Counted from the stretch's first letter, positions 26,689 to 35,970 are shown. The stretch: 57,171 nt of DNA from Bacteroidales bacterium UBA6340 (GCA_002440265.1 DJSG01000031.1:1-57171), one strand, 5' to 3'. Translations and numbers: made by a program. Notes: a model not told the origin generated them from the sequence alone.

Positions 26689-27657
26689 ATGGCAGCATGG
26701 CTGCGGGTGGCGAGGAGGTATGCCAGAAAGTTGTGGCAATGGTTGGTGAGGAAAGATTTGCTCACCTATCTGCTTTTTGTCGGGCTTGCCACGATGGTGT
26801 GGTGGGGACGCGCGATGTCGTCGCAACGCGATACGGAGATAACCCTGCCTATCGTATATACGGATATTCCGCCACAGGTGGTGTTCGACGAACCGTTGCC
26901 CGAGGCGTTGCGTGTGAGTATCCGTGACAACGGCAAGCAGTTGCAGAAGATAAGTGCCGGCAAGCCCGTACTCACCCTGAATATGGCGACCCAACTGACA
27001 GCGCAAGAGGGTACGGTGCATATCACCGCGGAGATAATCCGTCCGAAATTGCAGGACATGTTGCCTGGCAGTACGGTGGTGCTGCAGGTGCAGCCCGAAG
27101 TGATTGAGGCGGTGTATCACAAGCAGGAGGAGAAAGATGTGGAGGTGCGGCTGACGGCTGAATGGACGCCTGCGCCGCAGTACCAGATGCGCAGCCTACC
27201 CGTTGTAGAACCCCAAACGGTACGTGTTTACGGGAAGAAACAAGACCTGCGCGACCTGCGTTATATCGCAACGGAGTCGCTGAAGATAAAGGATATCCGC
27301 GATACGATGCGCTGTACGGTGGGGCTGAATGTGCCTGAGGGATTGCGTGTGGTGCCGTCGAGCGTGAGTGTGCTGTTCGTGACGGAGCAGTTTACGGAGA
27401 AATCGTTCACCCTGCCCGTGGAGACTTACGGCTGTCCCGAAGGGGAGTCGCTGCGGTTGTTCCCGCAGACGGTAACGGTTCAGGCGCGTGTGGGCATGTC
27501 GCACTTCAACGATGTGCGGGAGGAGGATTTCCATGTGCTGTGCCATTTTCCGAAGGGCGAACAGGCATCGGTGCCCGTGGAGGTGGAGTGCGACAATCCT
27601 TATGTAACGCGCGTGCGCGTGAACCCGAGTGAGTTGGAATATATCATAGAGAAGTAG
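26689..27657 (+). CDS. YbbR-like domain-containing protein
   Basis: First in-frame ATG is at 26689 (the ORF-track start at 26656 is a TTG). TM helix LLTYLLFVGLATMVWW. Repeated YbbR-like beta modules (P.TV.VYG....L). Confidence 0.7.
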   Translation: MAAWLRVARRYARKLWQWLVRKDLLTYLLFVGLATMVWWGRAMSSQRDTEITLPIVYTDIPPQVVFDEPLPEALRVSIRDNGKQLQKISAGKPVLTLNMATQLTAQEGTVHITAEIIRPKLQDMLPGSTVVLQVQPEVIEAVYHKQEEKDVEVRLTAEWTPAPQYQMRSLPVVEPQTVRVYGKKQDLRDLRYIATESLKIKDIRDTMRCTVGLNVPEGLRVVPSSVSVLFVTEQFTEKSFTLPVETYGCPEGESLRLFPQTVTVQARVGMSHFNDVREEDFHVLCHFPKGEQASVPVEVECDNPYVTRVRVNPSELEYIIEK

Positions 27658-27658
27658 C

Positions 27659-28792
27659 ATGAGGAAGATACAAATGGTTGATTTGCAGACGCAATATCAA
27701 CACATAAAAGAGGACATAGACCGCGGCATCCAAGCGGTGATAGACAGTGCGGCTTTCGTGAAAGGTCCGGCGGTGTCGGCGTTCCAGTCGCACCTCGAAG
27801 CCTATACGGGTGCGAAACACGTCATACCCGTAGGCAACGGTACCGACGCCCTGCAGATAGCGTTGATGGGTCTCGGTCTGAAGCCCGGTGACGAGGTTAT
27901 CACCCCTACGTTTACGTTTATCGCAACGGCAGAGGTGGCTGCGCTGTTGGGTTTCACACCGGTAGTGGTAGATGTAGATTGGGACACGATGAACATCTCG
28001 GTGGAGGCTGTCCGCAAGGCTATCACGTCTCGCACGAAGGCTATCGTGCCCGTGCATCTGTTCGGGCAATGCGCTGATATGGAGCCTATTATGGCGATTG
28101 CGCGGGAGCATAACCTGTACGTGGTGGAGGACGCATGCCAAGCCATCGGGGCGCAGTACACGTTCTCGGACGGCACGACGCGGCAGGCAGGAACGATGGG
28201 CGACATAGGGTGCACCAGTTTCTTCCCGTCGAAGAACCTCGGTTGCTACGGCGACGGGGGTGCGATATTCACCAACAATGACGAGTTGGCGGCTCAGATG
28301 CAGGCGATAGCCAACCATGGTATGGTGGTGCGCTACCATCACGACCGTGTGGGCGTGAACTCGCGGTTGGACGCTATTCAGGCGGCAGTGCTTGACGCGA
28401 AGTTGCCGCACCTGAACGAGTACATCGCGGCACGGCAACGGGCGGCAGCCTACTACGACAAGGCATTCGCGGGCAATCCGCACGTGCTGACACCCGGGCA
28501 CCAAGCCCATTCGACGCACGTCTATCACCAGTACACATTGCGATTGGTAGGCGTGGACCGCGACAAGGTGCGCGAGGCGTTGGCGGAAAGGGAGATACCG
28601 TCGATGGTGTATTATCCCGTGCCGCTGCACCTGCAAAAGGCATACCAAGACCCGCGGTACAAGAAGGGCGACTTCCCCGTAGCGGAAAGGCTGGCAGGGT
28701 GCGTGCTGTCGCTGCCGATGCACACGGAGTTGGATGACGAACAGTTGTTATCAATCACGACGGCGGTTGCCGACGTGATTGATAACAAGTAA
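27659..28792 (+). CDS. DegT/DnrJ/EryC1/StrS family aminotransferase
   Basis: FFPSKNLGCYGDGG lysine motif region. Typical length and N-terminus (VDLQTQYQ...). Confidence 0.9.
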   Translation: MRKIQMVDLQTQYQHIKEDIDRGIQAVIDSAAFVKGPAVSAFQSHLEAYTGAKHVIPVGNGTDALQIALMGLGLKPGDEVITPTFTFIATAEVAALLGFTPVVVDVDWDTMNISVEAVRKAITSRTKAIVPVHLFGQCADMEPIMAIAREHNLYVVEDACQAIGAQYTFSDGTTRQAGTMGDIGCTSFFPSKNLGCYGDGGAIFTNNDELAAQMQAIANHGMVVRYHHDRVGVNSRLDAIQAAVLDAKLPHLNEYIAARQRAAAYYDKAFAGNPHVLTPGHQAHSTHVYHQYTLRLVGVDRDKVREALAEREIPSMVYYPVPLHLQKAYQDPRYKKGDFPVAERLAGCVLSLPMHTELDDEQLLSITTAVADVIDNK

Positions 28793-28940
28793 TAGGTAAT
28801 AGTTAATAATTAATAGGCATTAAAGACATTTGTTCTGTATCCGTTCTCTATGGGTTGCGTATCCCTTGCGCATCCCTTGCTGAAAAGCAGCGGTTTGACA
28901 GGGCAAAGAAACGACTGAAACGTTAACAAATAGTAAGAAT

Positions 28941-30413
28941 ATGGCGACCTCGTTCTCACTACAACAGCAGCAGAAACTGCAAGCGAAGTTGTCACCTGCG
29001 CAGATACAGGTGATGCGCTTGCTGGAGTTGCCGTCGTGTGAGTTGCAAGCCCGTATCAACGAAGAGTTGCAGGACAACCCCGCGTTGGAAGAGGGGCGCG
29101 ACGAGAACGCCGACGAGTATCAGGACACCGAGCCGCAGGACGAGGAGTACGAGAACCCGCTGAAGAATGAGGACTTTGACTACGACGACTACGTGCAGGA
29201 CGATGACTATGCCGACACCCAGCCCGCATCGCAAGGGCGCGCGGAGAACACGCCGCAAGAGGATATTCCGTTCTCGGTGGGGACGAGTTTCAGCGAGTAC
29301 CTGAAGTCGCAGATTTACCTGACGAAAATGGACAAGCCCGACCGTCATGTGGCGAAATTTGTGGTGGGGAACATTGACGACGACGGGTATCTCAGGCGCA
29401 CGCCCGAAGAACTGGTGGACGACCTGACGTTCCGCGAAGGCTTGACCGTGACGGACGACAAGATGCGGGAGATAGTGGCGCAGATAAAGCAGTTCGACCC
29501 GCCCGGGGTGGGGGCTTATGACTTGCAGGAGTGCCTGCTGATACAGTTGCGGCAGAAAGAGCAGACCCCTACGGTGGTGCTGGCGGAGAAGATACTGCAG
29601 CAGTACTTCGACGAGTTCTCGCGCCACCATTATGCCAAAGTGGCGCAACGCGCGGGCATCACCGAAGACGAGTTGAAAGCCGCCATCAGCGAGATAACCC
29701 ACCTGAACCCGCGCCCCGGAAGTGCTTGGTTAGGAACGGTTTACGACCGAAACCAGACGGTGGTGATACCGGATTTCATCGTGGAGCAGGAGGACGGCGA
29801 ACTGATAGTGTCGCTCAACCAAGGCGACCTGCCCGAGTTGCACGTGTCGGCGGAATACAACGAGATGCTGGACACCTACACCAAGCCGACCAAACAGTCC
29901 ACGCCGCAGACACGCGAGGCGGCGAGGTTCGTCAAGGGCAAGATAGAGGCTGCCAACTGGTTCATCGATGCCCTCCGCCAGCGCAACGAGACGCTGATGC
30001 ACACCATGGGCGCGATAGTGAACTACCAGCGCGAGTTCTTCCTGCAGGGCGACAACGTCTATCTGCGCCCGATGGTGCTGAAGGACATCGCCGACCGCAC
30101 GGGCTACGACGTCTCCACCATCTCGCGCGTGTGCAGCAACAAGTACGTGCAGACCGAATACGGCGTGTTCCCGCTCAAATTCTTCTTCTCCGAAGCCATG
30201 ACCAACAGCGAGGGCGAGGAGATTTCGACGCGCGAAGTGAAGCAGAAACTGCGCGAGATAGTCGATGCCGAGGACAAGAGCAACCCGATAACCGACGACG
30301 AGTTGGTGGATACGCTGCGCCGGAGCGGCTACTCCATCGCGCGGCGCACCGTGGCGAAGTACCGCGAACAGTTGGGCATCCCCGTGGCGCGGCTGCGCAA
30401 ACAGATACAATAG
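28941..30413 (+). CDS. rpoN: RNA polymerase sigma-54 factor
   Basis: N-terminus LQQQQKLQAKLSPAQIQVMRLLELP, an acidic region, and a C-terminal RpoN box ARRTVAKYREQLGIP. Confidence 0.95.
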   Translation: MATSFSLQQQQKLQAKLSPAQIQVMRLLELPSCELQARINEELQDNPALEEGRDENADEYQDTEPQDEEYENPLKNEDFDYDDYVQDDDYADTQPASQGRAENTPQEDIPFSVGTSFSEYLKSQIYLTKMDKPDRHVAKFVVGNIDDDGYLRRTPEELVDDLTFREGLTVTDDKMREIVAQIKQFDPPGVGAYDLQECLLIQLRQKEQTPTVVLAEKILQQYFDEFSRHHYAKVAQRAGITEDELKAAISEITHLNPRPGSAWLGTVYDRNQTVVIPDFIVEQEDGELIVSLNQGDLPELHVSAEYNEMLDTYTKPTKQSTPQTREAARFVKGKIEAANWFIDALRQRNETLMHTMGAIVNYQREFFLQGDNVYLRPMVLKDIADRTGYDVSTISRVCSNKYVQTEYGVFPLKFFFSEAMTNSEGEEISTREVKQKLREIVDAEDKSNPITDDELVDTLRRSGYSIARRTVAKYREQLGIPVARLRKQIQ

Positions 30414-31049
30414 ATGATGCAGAAAGTGCTTGATATACCGGCGAAAACGCTGAGCATAGTGCTCTATCCGCTGCTGATACCCACCTACGGGATGGGGCTG
30501 TTCTTCGCGGCGATGCACGTGCACAGCCCAGCGATGCCCGCCACGTTGGCGTGGCTGTCGGTGGTCGGCACGCTGTTTCTGACCTGCCTGATACCGGTGT
30601 CGCTGATAATCTGGATGTGGCGGCGCGGGCAACTGACCTCGCTCTACATCGAAGACCCAAAGCAACGCACCACACCTTATATATATTGCACCGTGTGCTA
30701 CGCCTTCTGGTGCTACTTTGTCCGCGCGACCATGCACCTGCCGCTGATGTGGCTGCTGCTGGCGGTCGGCGCGACGCTGGTGCTGGCGGTGGTGACAATC
30801 ATCAACCGCCGGTGGAAAATCTCCGCGCACCTGTCCGCGATGGGCGGGCTGCTGGGCGGCGTGTGCAGTTACGGGCTGTGCGGCGGGGTGGACGTGACGG
30901 CGGCTGTGGTGGCGGTGCTGGTCGTGTCGCTGCTGCTGATGTACGCGCGTATCTACCTGAAAGCCCACACGCCGATGCAGGTGGTGTGCGGCTACCTGCT
31001 GGGACTGGTGTTCACCTTTATTCCCAATCTGATAATGATGTATGCGTAA
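30414..31049 (+). CDS. membrane protein, PAP2-like phosphatase (tentative)
   Basis: Six predicted TM segments. KISAHLSAMGG and KAHTPMQVVCGYLLG resemble PAP2 motifs 2 and 3. The ATG abuts the rpoN stop. Confidence 0.55.
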   Translation: MMQKVLDIPAKTLSIVLYPLLIPTYGMGLFFAAMHVHSPAMPATLAWLSVVGTLFLTCLIPVSLIIWMWRRGQLTSLYIEDPKQRTTPYIYCTVCYAFWCYFVRATMHLPLMWLLLAVGATLVLAVVTIINRRWKISAHLSAMGGLLGGVCSYGLCGGVDVTAAVVAVLVVSLLLMYARIYLKAHTPMQVVCGYLLGLVFTFIPNLIMMYA

Positions 31050-32025
31050 GTGCCTGATAACAATAGCGTTATGTGTATGCTCGCTGCTCGCCTGCGCCCA
31101 AACGCTGAGCGACAGCGCGCACGTCTATCTGCTGACATGCACCCCGGGCACGCAGGTGTGGTCGAAGTACGGGCACTCCGCCATCCTCGTCGAGGACAGG
31201 GCGCAGGGCATTGACGTGGTGTTCAACTACGGCATTTTCTCCTTCGACACCGAGGACTTCTACCTCAAGTTCATCAAGGGCGACACCTACTACCAACTCG
31301 GCATCGAGCCGCTGCGCTACTTCCGCCTGAGCGCGGAGCGCGTGGGGCGCAAGGTCTATTGGCAGCGGCTCAACCTCACGCACACGCAGATGCAGCAGGT
31401 GTTTGACGCGCTGCTCGTCAACTACCGGCCCGAGAACCGCTTCTATCACTACAATTTCGTGTTCGACAACTGCGCCACGCGCCCATACCACCTCATCAAG
31501 GATGCGCTTGGCGACACCATACTGTCTGATTATCAAGGCTATATACACCGACCATACCGCCGCGCCATCTCCCGCTACACGGGGCGCAACTCGTGGGTGG
31601 ACTTCGGCATCAACCTCATCTTCGGCAAGCGGGCGGACGCTCCCATGGACAACGAACAGCGGCTGTTCCTGCCCGAAGAACTGATGTTTTTCATGTCCGA
31701 AGCACGCCTCGCGGACGGCACGCCGCTCGTGCAGAGCGAGGACATCGCGCCTTTCGACATCGCCCCCGTGCCGTGGTACGCCAACTGCTGGCTGGGCATC
31801 GGGCTGTTTGTCCTCGTGATGGCCGGCATCTCGCTCTTTGACCGCCGCCGCGGCCGCCTGACTTGGTGGGTGGACGTGTTGCTGGGACTCGTGTACCTCC
31901 TTCTGATTGCTATCGTGGTCTTCCTGACCTTCTTCTCGTCGCACCCGCTGGTCGGCTTCAACTGGCGGCTGCTGCTATTCCCCGTTCTTCACCTATGCGC
32001 ACGACTCATCTACATACTTCGCTGA
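31042..32025 (+). CDS. DUF4105 (Lnb-type N-terminal periplasmic domain) protein
   Basis: VYLLTCTPGTQVWSKYGHSAILV...NYGIFSFDTEDFYLKFIKG...PENRFYHYNFVFDNCATRP matches the remembered DUF4105 signature. C-terminal TM helices. Confidence 0.85.
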   Translation: MRKCLITIALCVCSLLACAQTLSDSAHVYLLTCTPGTQVWSKYGHSAILVEDRAQGIDVVFNYGIFSFDTEDFYLKFIKGDTYYQLGIEPLRYFRLSAERVGRKVYWQRLNLTHTQMQQVFDALLVNYRPENRFYHYNFVFDNCATRPYHLIKDALGDTILSDYQGYIHRPYRRAISRYTGRNSWVDFGINLIFGKRADAPMDNEQRLFLPEELMFFMSEARLADGTPLVQSEDIAPFDIAPVPWYANCWLGIGLFVLVMAGISLFDRRRGRLTWWVDVLLGLVYLLLIAIVVFLTFFSSHPLVGFNWRLLLFPVLHLCARLIYILR

Positions 32026-33467
32026 TAGCCCTGCTCTCTATCCTCTATTCCCTAAACACCAACGCCCTGCCGCGTCTCACGGTGGTGGTAGTGGTGGACG
32101 GCATGACTCAGGAGAACCTCACCGACCTGCGTTCCTACTGGCCTGCGGGCGGGCTGCGGACGCTCAGCGAAGAGGCATACCAGACCACCATCGACTTCCC
32201 GCACCTCGTCTATGGCGGGCAGGAGACCACCGCCACACTCATGACGGGCACCACCCCGTCGCGCCACGGCATCATGGCGGACACCTACTTCTCGCGCACC
32301 GACCGCAGTGTGCATCCCACACTCGCCGACCCACAAGCGGCAGGCATCGGCACCGACCTCGCCATATCGCCCGGCGCCTTTCTATCCGTCTCATTGTCAG
32401 ACGAATGGCGTATCCGGCATGGCGCGCAAGCCCACATCTATGCTGTCGGACTCCAACCCGAAGCCACCGTCCTCATGGCGGGGCACGCCGCCAACGCGTG
32501 CTGCTGGCTCGACCCCGCCACGCAGAAATGGGCAACCTCCTCTTTCTACACCGAAGGGCTGCCCGCAACGGCTGACGCGATGAACGTCAGCGGACGCATC
32601 ACCGAACTGGCAAACCGCCCGTGGACACCGCGCATGGACATCTCCATGTACCTCCGCCCCACGCCCGAAGAACGCAAAAAGCCCTTCTCATACACACCCG
32701 CAGCACAATTGCTGAACACAACCGCTGCCAACACCCTCGTCATCGAGATGGCACTCGCACTGCAAAAAGACCTCCAACTCGGCGCGGACAACACCCCCGA
32801 CCTGCTCCTCCTCCAACTGACCACCCTCTCCCCGCACGCCACCTCCGACGCACTCGCCTCCGCCGAACAGGAGGATATGTATCTTGGTATCAATCAGGAT
32901 CTTGGCTTCCTCATGGAGCAACTCAACCGCCGCATCGGCAAGGCGCAATACCAACTGCTTGTCGTCGGACGGCCCGTCCTCGGCTATGCAGCGCAGACCT
33001 TCGAGACGGCGGGCATTCCCATTCGGCATTTCGATGTGGACCGCGCCGCAGCACTCACAGGCACCTACCTCATGGCTATCTATGGGCACGAGCGATGGGT
33101 GGACGGCGGCTACGGACCATTCATCTACCTCAACCGCACACTCATCGAGCAGAAACGCCTCTCCCTCGAGGCTTTCCAACGACAGGTGGCGAACTTCCTC
33201 ATGGATTTCGAGGGCGTACAAGTGGCGTTCCCCATTCACGAGGCCGTCACTTCCGACGACCGCACCTCTATCTACCGCAAACACGCGGGCGATGTCTATT
33301 TCCAATTGCAGGACAACTGGCTGCTATACACCGACGACAGTACGCCCTACGACCGCGTCATCCAACCGCGTCCCGCCGCACCACTCCTGCTCTGGTCGGG
33401 CACTCTGCGCACCTTCCCCGAAGGCGAGTTGCACGCCACAGACGTCAAGTCACTAATAATGAAATAA
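31995..33467 (+). CDS. alkaline phosphatase / nucleotide pyrophosphatase superfamily protein
   Basis: An internal ATG at 31995 gives the signal peptide MRTTHLHTSLIALLSILYSLNTNA followed by LPRLTVVVVVDGMTQENL. The ORF-track start at 31863 overlaps the previous gene by 163 nt. Confidence 0.7.
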   Translation: MRTTHLHTSLIALLSILYSLNTNALPRLTVVVVVDGMTQENLTDLRSYWPAGGLRTLSEEAYQTTIDFPHLVYGGQETTATLMTGTTPSRHGIMADTYFSRTDRSVHPTLADPQAAGIGTDLAISPGAFLSVSLSDEWRIRHGAQAHIYAVGLQPEATVLMAGHAANACCWLDPATQKWATSSFYTEGLPATADAMNVSGRITELANRPWTPRMDISMYLRPTPEERKKPFSYTPAAQLLNTTAANTLVIEMALALQKDLQLGADNTPDLLLLQLTTLSPHATSDALASAEQEDMYLGINQDLGFLMEQLNRRIGKAQYQLLVVGRPVLGYAAQTFETAGIPIRHFDVDRAAALTGTYLMAIYGHERWVDGGYGPFIYLNRTLIEQKRLSLEAFQRQVANFLMDFEGVQVAFPIHEAVTSDDRTSIYRKHAGDVYFQLQDNWLLYTDDSTPYDRVIQPRPAAPLLLWSGTLRTFPEGELHATDVKSLIMK

Positions 33468-33478
33468 CTAAATCCAAA

Positions 33479-33569
33479 AAATAAATCGTACATCGTAAAT
33501 ATCTAAATCGTAAATATATATATATATCACCAAATAAATCGTACATCGTAAATTTCTAAATCGTAAATA
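33479..33569 (+). repeat. 38-nt direct repeat (one mismatch) flanking an (AT)7 microsatellite
   Basis: aaataaatcgtacatcgtaaatWtctaaatcgtaaata at 33479-33516 and 33532-33569. (at)7 at 33514-33527. Confidence 0.9.
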
Positions 33570-33574
33570 ATATC

Positions 33575-33991
33575 ATGGTTTTCTACGAACTCAAAATCAG
33601 TTACACCCGCCAGACGGGCGAAGACAACCCCGCGGCTGTCAAAGAGACATACATGGTCGAAGGACTCACCTGCGCCGATGTGGAGACGCGCCTTATCGAT
33701 GAGATAAAACCCTTTATATCAGGCGAATGGGAGGTCAAGAGTTGCAAACAGGTGCAGTTCTACGACATGATACCGAACCCCGACGCCGAGTTCTGGTACA
33801 AGGCGCGTGTCGAGATGATTACCGTCGAGGACAACGGCAAGGAGACACGCAAAGGCGCAAACATCTATGTGCAGGCTAACGACCTCAACGAAGCCGTCAA
33901 GAGCCTTATGCAATCCCTCGCAAGCATTGATTGTGAGATAGTTAACATCGCCAAGTCCCCTGTCCTTGAGGTCTTCCGCGCCGTGGATTAA
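33575..33991 (+). CDS. DUF4494 domain-containing protein
   Basis: FYELKISYTRQTGEDNP..VKETYMVEGLTCADVETRLIDEIKPFISGEW resembles the remembered DUF4494 family. Confidence 0.65.
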   Translation: MVFYELKISYTRQTGEDNPAAVKETYMVEGLTCADVETRLIDEIKPFISGEWEVKSCKQVQFYDMIPNPDAEFWYKARVEMITVEDNGKETRKGANIYVQANDLNEAVKSLMQSLASIDCEIVNIAKSPVLEVFRAVD

Positions 33992-34176
33992 CCCCAACAC
34001 GACACGATAACGTGCAGATTCCTCCGCTTGTTTAGACAGCAGAAAAATAATTGGCACCCTGCTATTGCCGAGAGAATATCGGGAGAACTTCGAGAGACTC
34101 TCGGGATAATATGCAATTTCTTACGTATTATTATCCTATTGAAAATAAGCCGGTTAACATTCAGTAACTACACCTT

Positions 34177-34821
34177 ATGTCAGACATTCCGCAACACATT
34201 GCCGACATTCGCCGCCACTTGCCCGATGGGGTTACGCTGGTGTGTGTCAGCAAGTTCCACCCATGCGAGGCTATCCTCGAAGCCTACAACGCCGGCGAAC
34301 GCGACTTCGGCGAGAGCCGCGTGCAGGAACTCCTGCCCAAGTACGAGACCCTGCCCCATGACATACGTTGGCATTTCATCGGACACTTGCAAACCAACAA
34401 GGTGCGTGCCGTCATTCCCTTCGTCTATCTGATACAGTCTGTGGATAGCCTGCACCTCCTCGAGACCATCAACCGCGAAGCGGAGCGCATACAACGCCGC
34501 GTCAAAGTGCTGCTTGAGGTGCATGTCGCCCGCGAGGAAACCAAGACAGGCTTCGCTCCCGACGAACTGCCCGCCGACTTCACCCCCTACCCGTGGGTAG
34601 AGGTCTGCGGCATTATGGGCATGGCTACGCAAACCGATGATACACAGGAGATTCGCCGTTGCTTCCACGCCCTCAAAACCATCCGCGATACCCGCCGCCT
34701 CCCTGTCCTCAGCATGGGCATGTCCCACGACTACCTCATCGCCATCGAGGAGGGCAGCAACCTCGTCCGCATCGGCACCACCATCTTCGGCGAACGCAAC
34801 TACACCACATTATCACTTTGA
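34177..34821 (+). CDS. yggS: YggS-family pyridoxal phosphate homeostasis protein
   Basis: LVCVSKFHP (PLP lysine), WHFIGHLQTNKV, and SMGMSHDY. Confidence 0.9.
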   Translation: MSDIPQHIADIRRHLPDGVTLVCVSKFHPCEAILEAYNAGERDFGESRVQELLPKYETLPHDIRWHFIGHLQTNKVRAVIPFVYLIQSVDSLHLLETINREAERIQRRVKVLLEVHVAREETKTGFAPDELPADFTPYPWVEVCGIMGMATQTDDTQEIRRCFHALKTIRDTRRLPVLSMGMSHDYLIAIEEGSNLVRIGTTIFGERNYTTLSL

Positions 34822-34859
34822 CAATCTGATAAGTAGAAAGGATGATGCGCTGTCCGGGG

Positions 34860-34934
34860 GACGACGCGGCTCGCGTCATCAATAAAAAACGAGCGATACT
34901 CTGAAATTAATGGTTAATTACATGGTAATTAATG
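34860..34934. repeat. composite 3'-end element: GC hairpin plus AATTA-rich block
   Basis: gggggacgacgcg-gct-cgcgtcatc (one mismatch), followed by gaaattaatggttaattacatggtaattaatg. Confidence 0.8.
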
Positions 34935-35549
34935 TTTTATATGTCTGATTCTACGACCATTATTTTGGATATGGGCGGCGTGCTGATGCAGCACAACATG
35001 CCCGAATGTCTGTCCCGTTTCCGCCACTTGCTGGGTGAGGAACAGACAGACCGTCTCTTGGGTCTCGCCTCCGACGGCGAAGGCACTGCCGACAGTCTCA
35101 TGGAGCAGTTCGAGCGCGGACTTATCGCTGCCGACGCTTTCATCGGCACCCTCTTGCGTTATGCCCGTCCTGGCACCACGCCGCAAGACATCATCAACGC
35201 TTGGAACGCTATGCACGGCGGCATACCTGACGACCGTCTTGCCCTCCTGCACCGGTGGCACGACCGCGGATACCGCCTTTTCCTGCTCAGCAACAACAAC
35301 CAACTCCACTGGCACGACATCTGCTCCCGCTACGACATGTCCGTCTTCGAACACTGTTTCCTCTCACACCTCCTGCACCTCAGCAAACCCGACCCGCGCA
35401 TATACGCCACCGTCCAAGCGTACCTCACGCAGCACCATTGCCCCACACCCTACCGCTTCGTGGACGACCTCCCCGTCAATCTCCTCCCCGCACAAGCCCT
35501 TGGCTGGCACACCTACACCACCCTCACCGACCTCCAACAGGATTTATAG
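34932..35549 (+). CDS. HAD family hydrolase
   Basis: Motif I IILDMGGVLM. LLSNNN motif. C-terminal FVDD. Confidence 0.8.
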   Translation: MFYMSDSTTIILDMGGVLMQHNMPECLSRFRHLLGEEQTDRLLGLASDGEGTADSLMEQFERGLIAADAFIGTLLRYARPGTTPQDIINAWNAMHGGIPDDRLALLHRWHDRGYRLFLLSNNNQLHWHDICSRYDMSVFEHCFLSHLLHLSKPDPRIYATVQAYLTQHHCPTPYRFVDDLPVNLLPAQALGWHTYTTLTDLQQDL

Positions 35550-35671
35550 ACCTTTCTTTATAGTCCTTTCCTTGAACATATTTCTCGTGGCAACCGCATA
35601 AAACACGAACACATTTACGTACCCATTTACGTACTATGTAATAATCAAATTATTGGGGCTGTAAAATAATT

Positions 35672-35713
35672 GAGGCTGTCTAACAAGTGTAGGCAGCCTC
35701 TTATTTTGTTTTG
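35672..35713 (+). terminator. rho-independent terminator after the HAD gene
   Basis: Stem gaggctgtct/aggcagcctc, loop aacaagtgt, then ttattttgttttg. Confidence 0.7.
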
Positions 35714-35730
35714 TGGACAACGTTTTTGGG

Positions 35731-35751
35731 GGACGACGCGTCCCGCGTCGT
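35731..35751. repeat. REP-like GC hairpin
   Basis: ggggg-gacgacgcg-tcc-cgcgtcgtc. Confidence 0.9.
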
Positions 35752-35803
35752 CAAATGCAATCTGGGGTACTCTCTTCGCCCTGCGGGTTTCATGGTGCAA
35801 AAT

Positions 35804-35970
35804 AAACGACCCTTTTTTTGAACCCACCCCACAGCATAGTGCGTCCTAAGCAATTAACAAAAAAATAACATGCATAAGTTTGTGTGTATCAGTAAAAAGC
35901 AGTACCTTTGCACCGATGTTGAATGTGAAGGGGTAGGAAACAAAAAACGGGTTCAAAAAAAGGGTCGTTT
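35804..35970. promoter_or_regulatory. candidate invertible promoter: 22-bp perfect inverted repeats flanking a consensus promoter
   Basis: aaacgaccctttttttgaaccc (35804-35825) is the reverse complement of gggttcaaaaaaagggtcgttt (35949-35970). The 123-bp interior holds TTTG (35879-35882) and TACCTTTG (35903-35910), 20 nt apart. Confidence 0.5.
35903..35910 (+). promoter_or_regulatory. -7 box TAccTTTG inside the inverted-repeat-bounded segment
   Basis: gtaaaaagcagtacctttgcaccg matches the tRNA-promoter consensus. Confidence 0.6.

Noticed and set aside
27644-28723. 359-aa minus-strand ORF
   Set aside because: It is antisense to the DegT-family aminotransferase, which has clear PLP-enzyme motifs.
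29730-30968. 412-aa minus-strand ORF, together with the 300-aa (29531-30433) and 207-aa frames nearby
   Set aside because: These lie antisense or out of frame to rpoN and the PAP2-like gene in the most GC-rich part of the window. Their compositions are dominated by R/H/P/A/G. They have no start context or motifs.
28900-33500. GC-rich block (about 62% on one hand-counted line) as a horizontally acquired island
   Set aside because: It encodes rpoN and tightly coupled envelope genes. It has no mobility genes, tRNA junctions or flanking repeats. Other core genes (topA, DegT) are also 56-60% GC, so the difference is modest and I cannot compute it rigorously.
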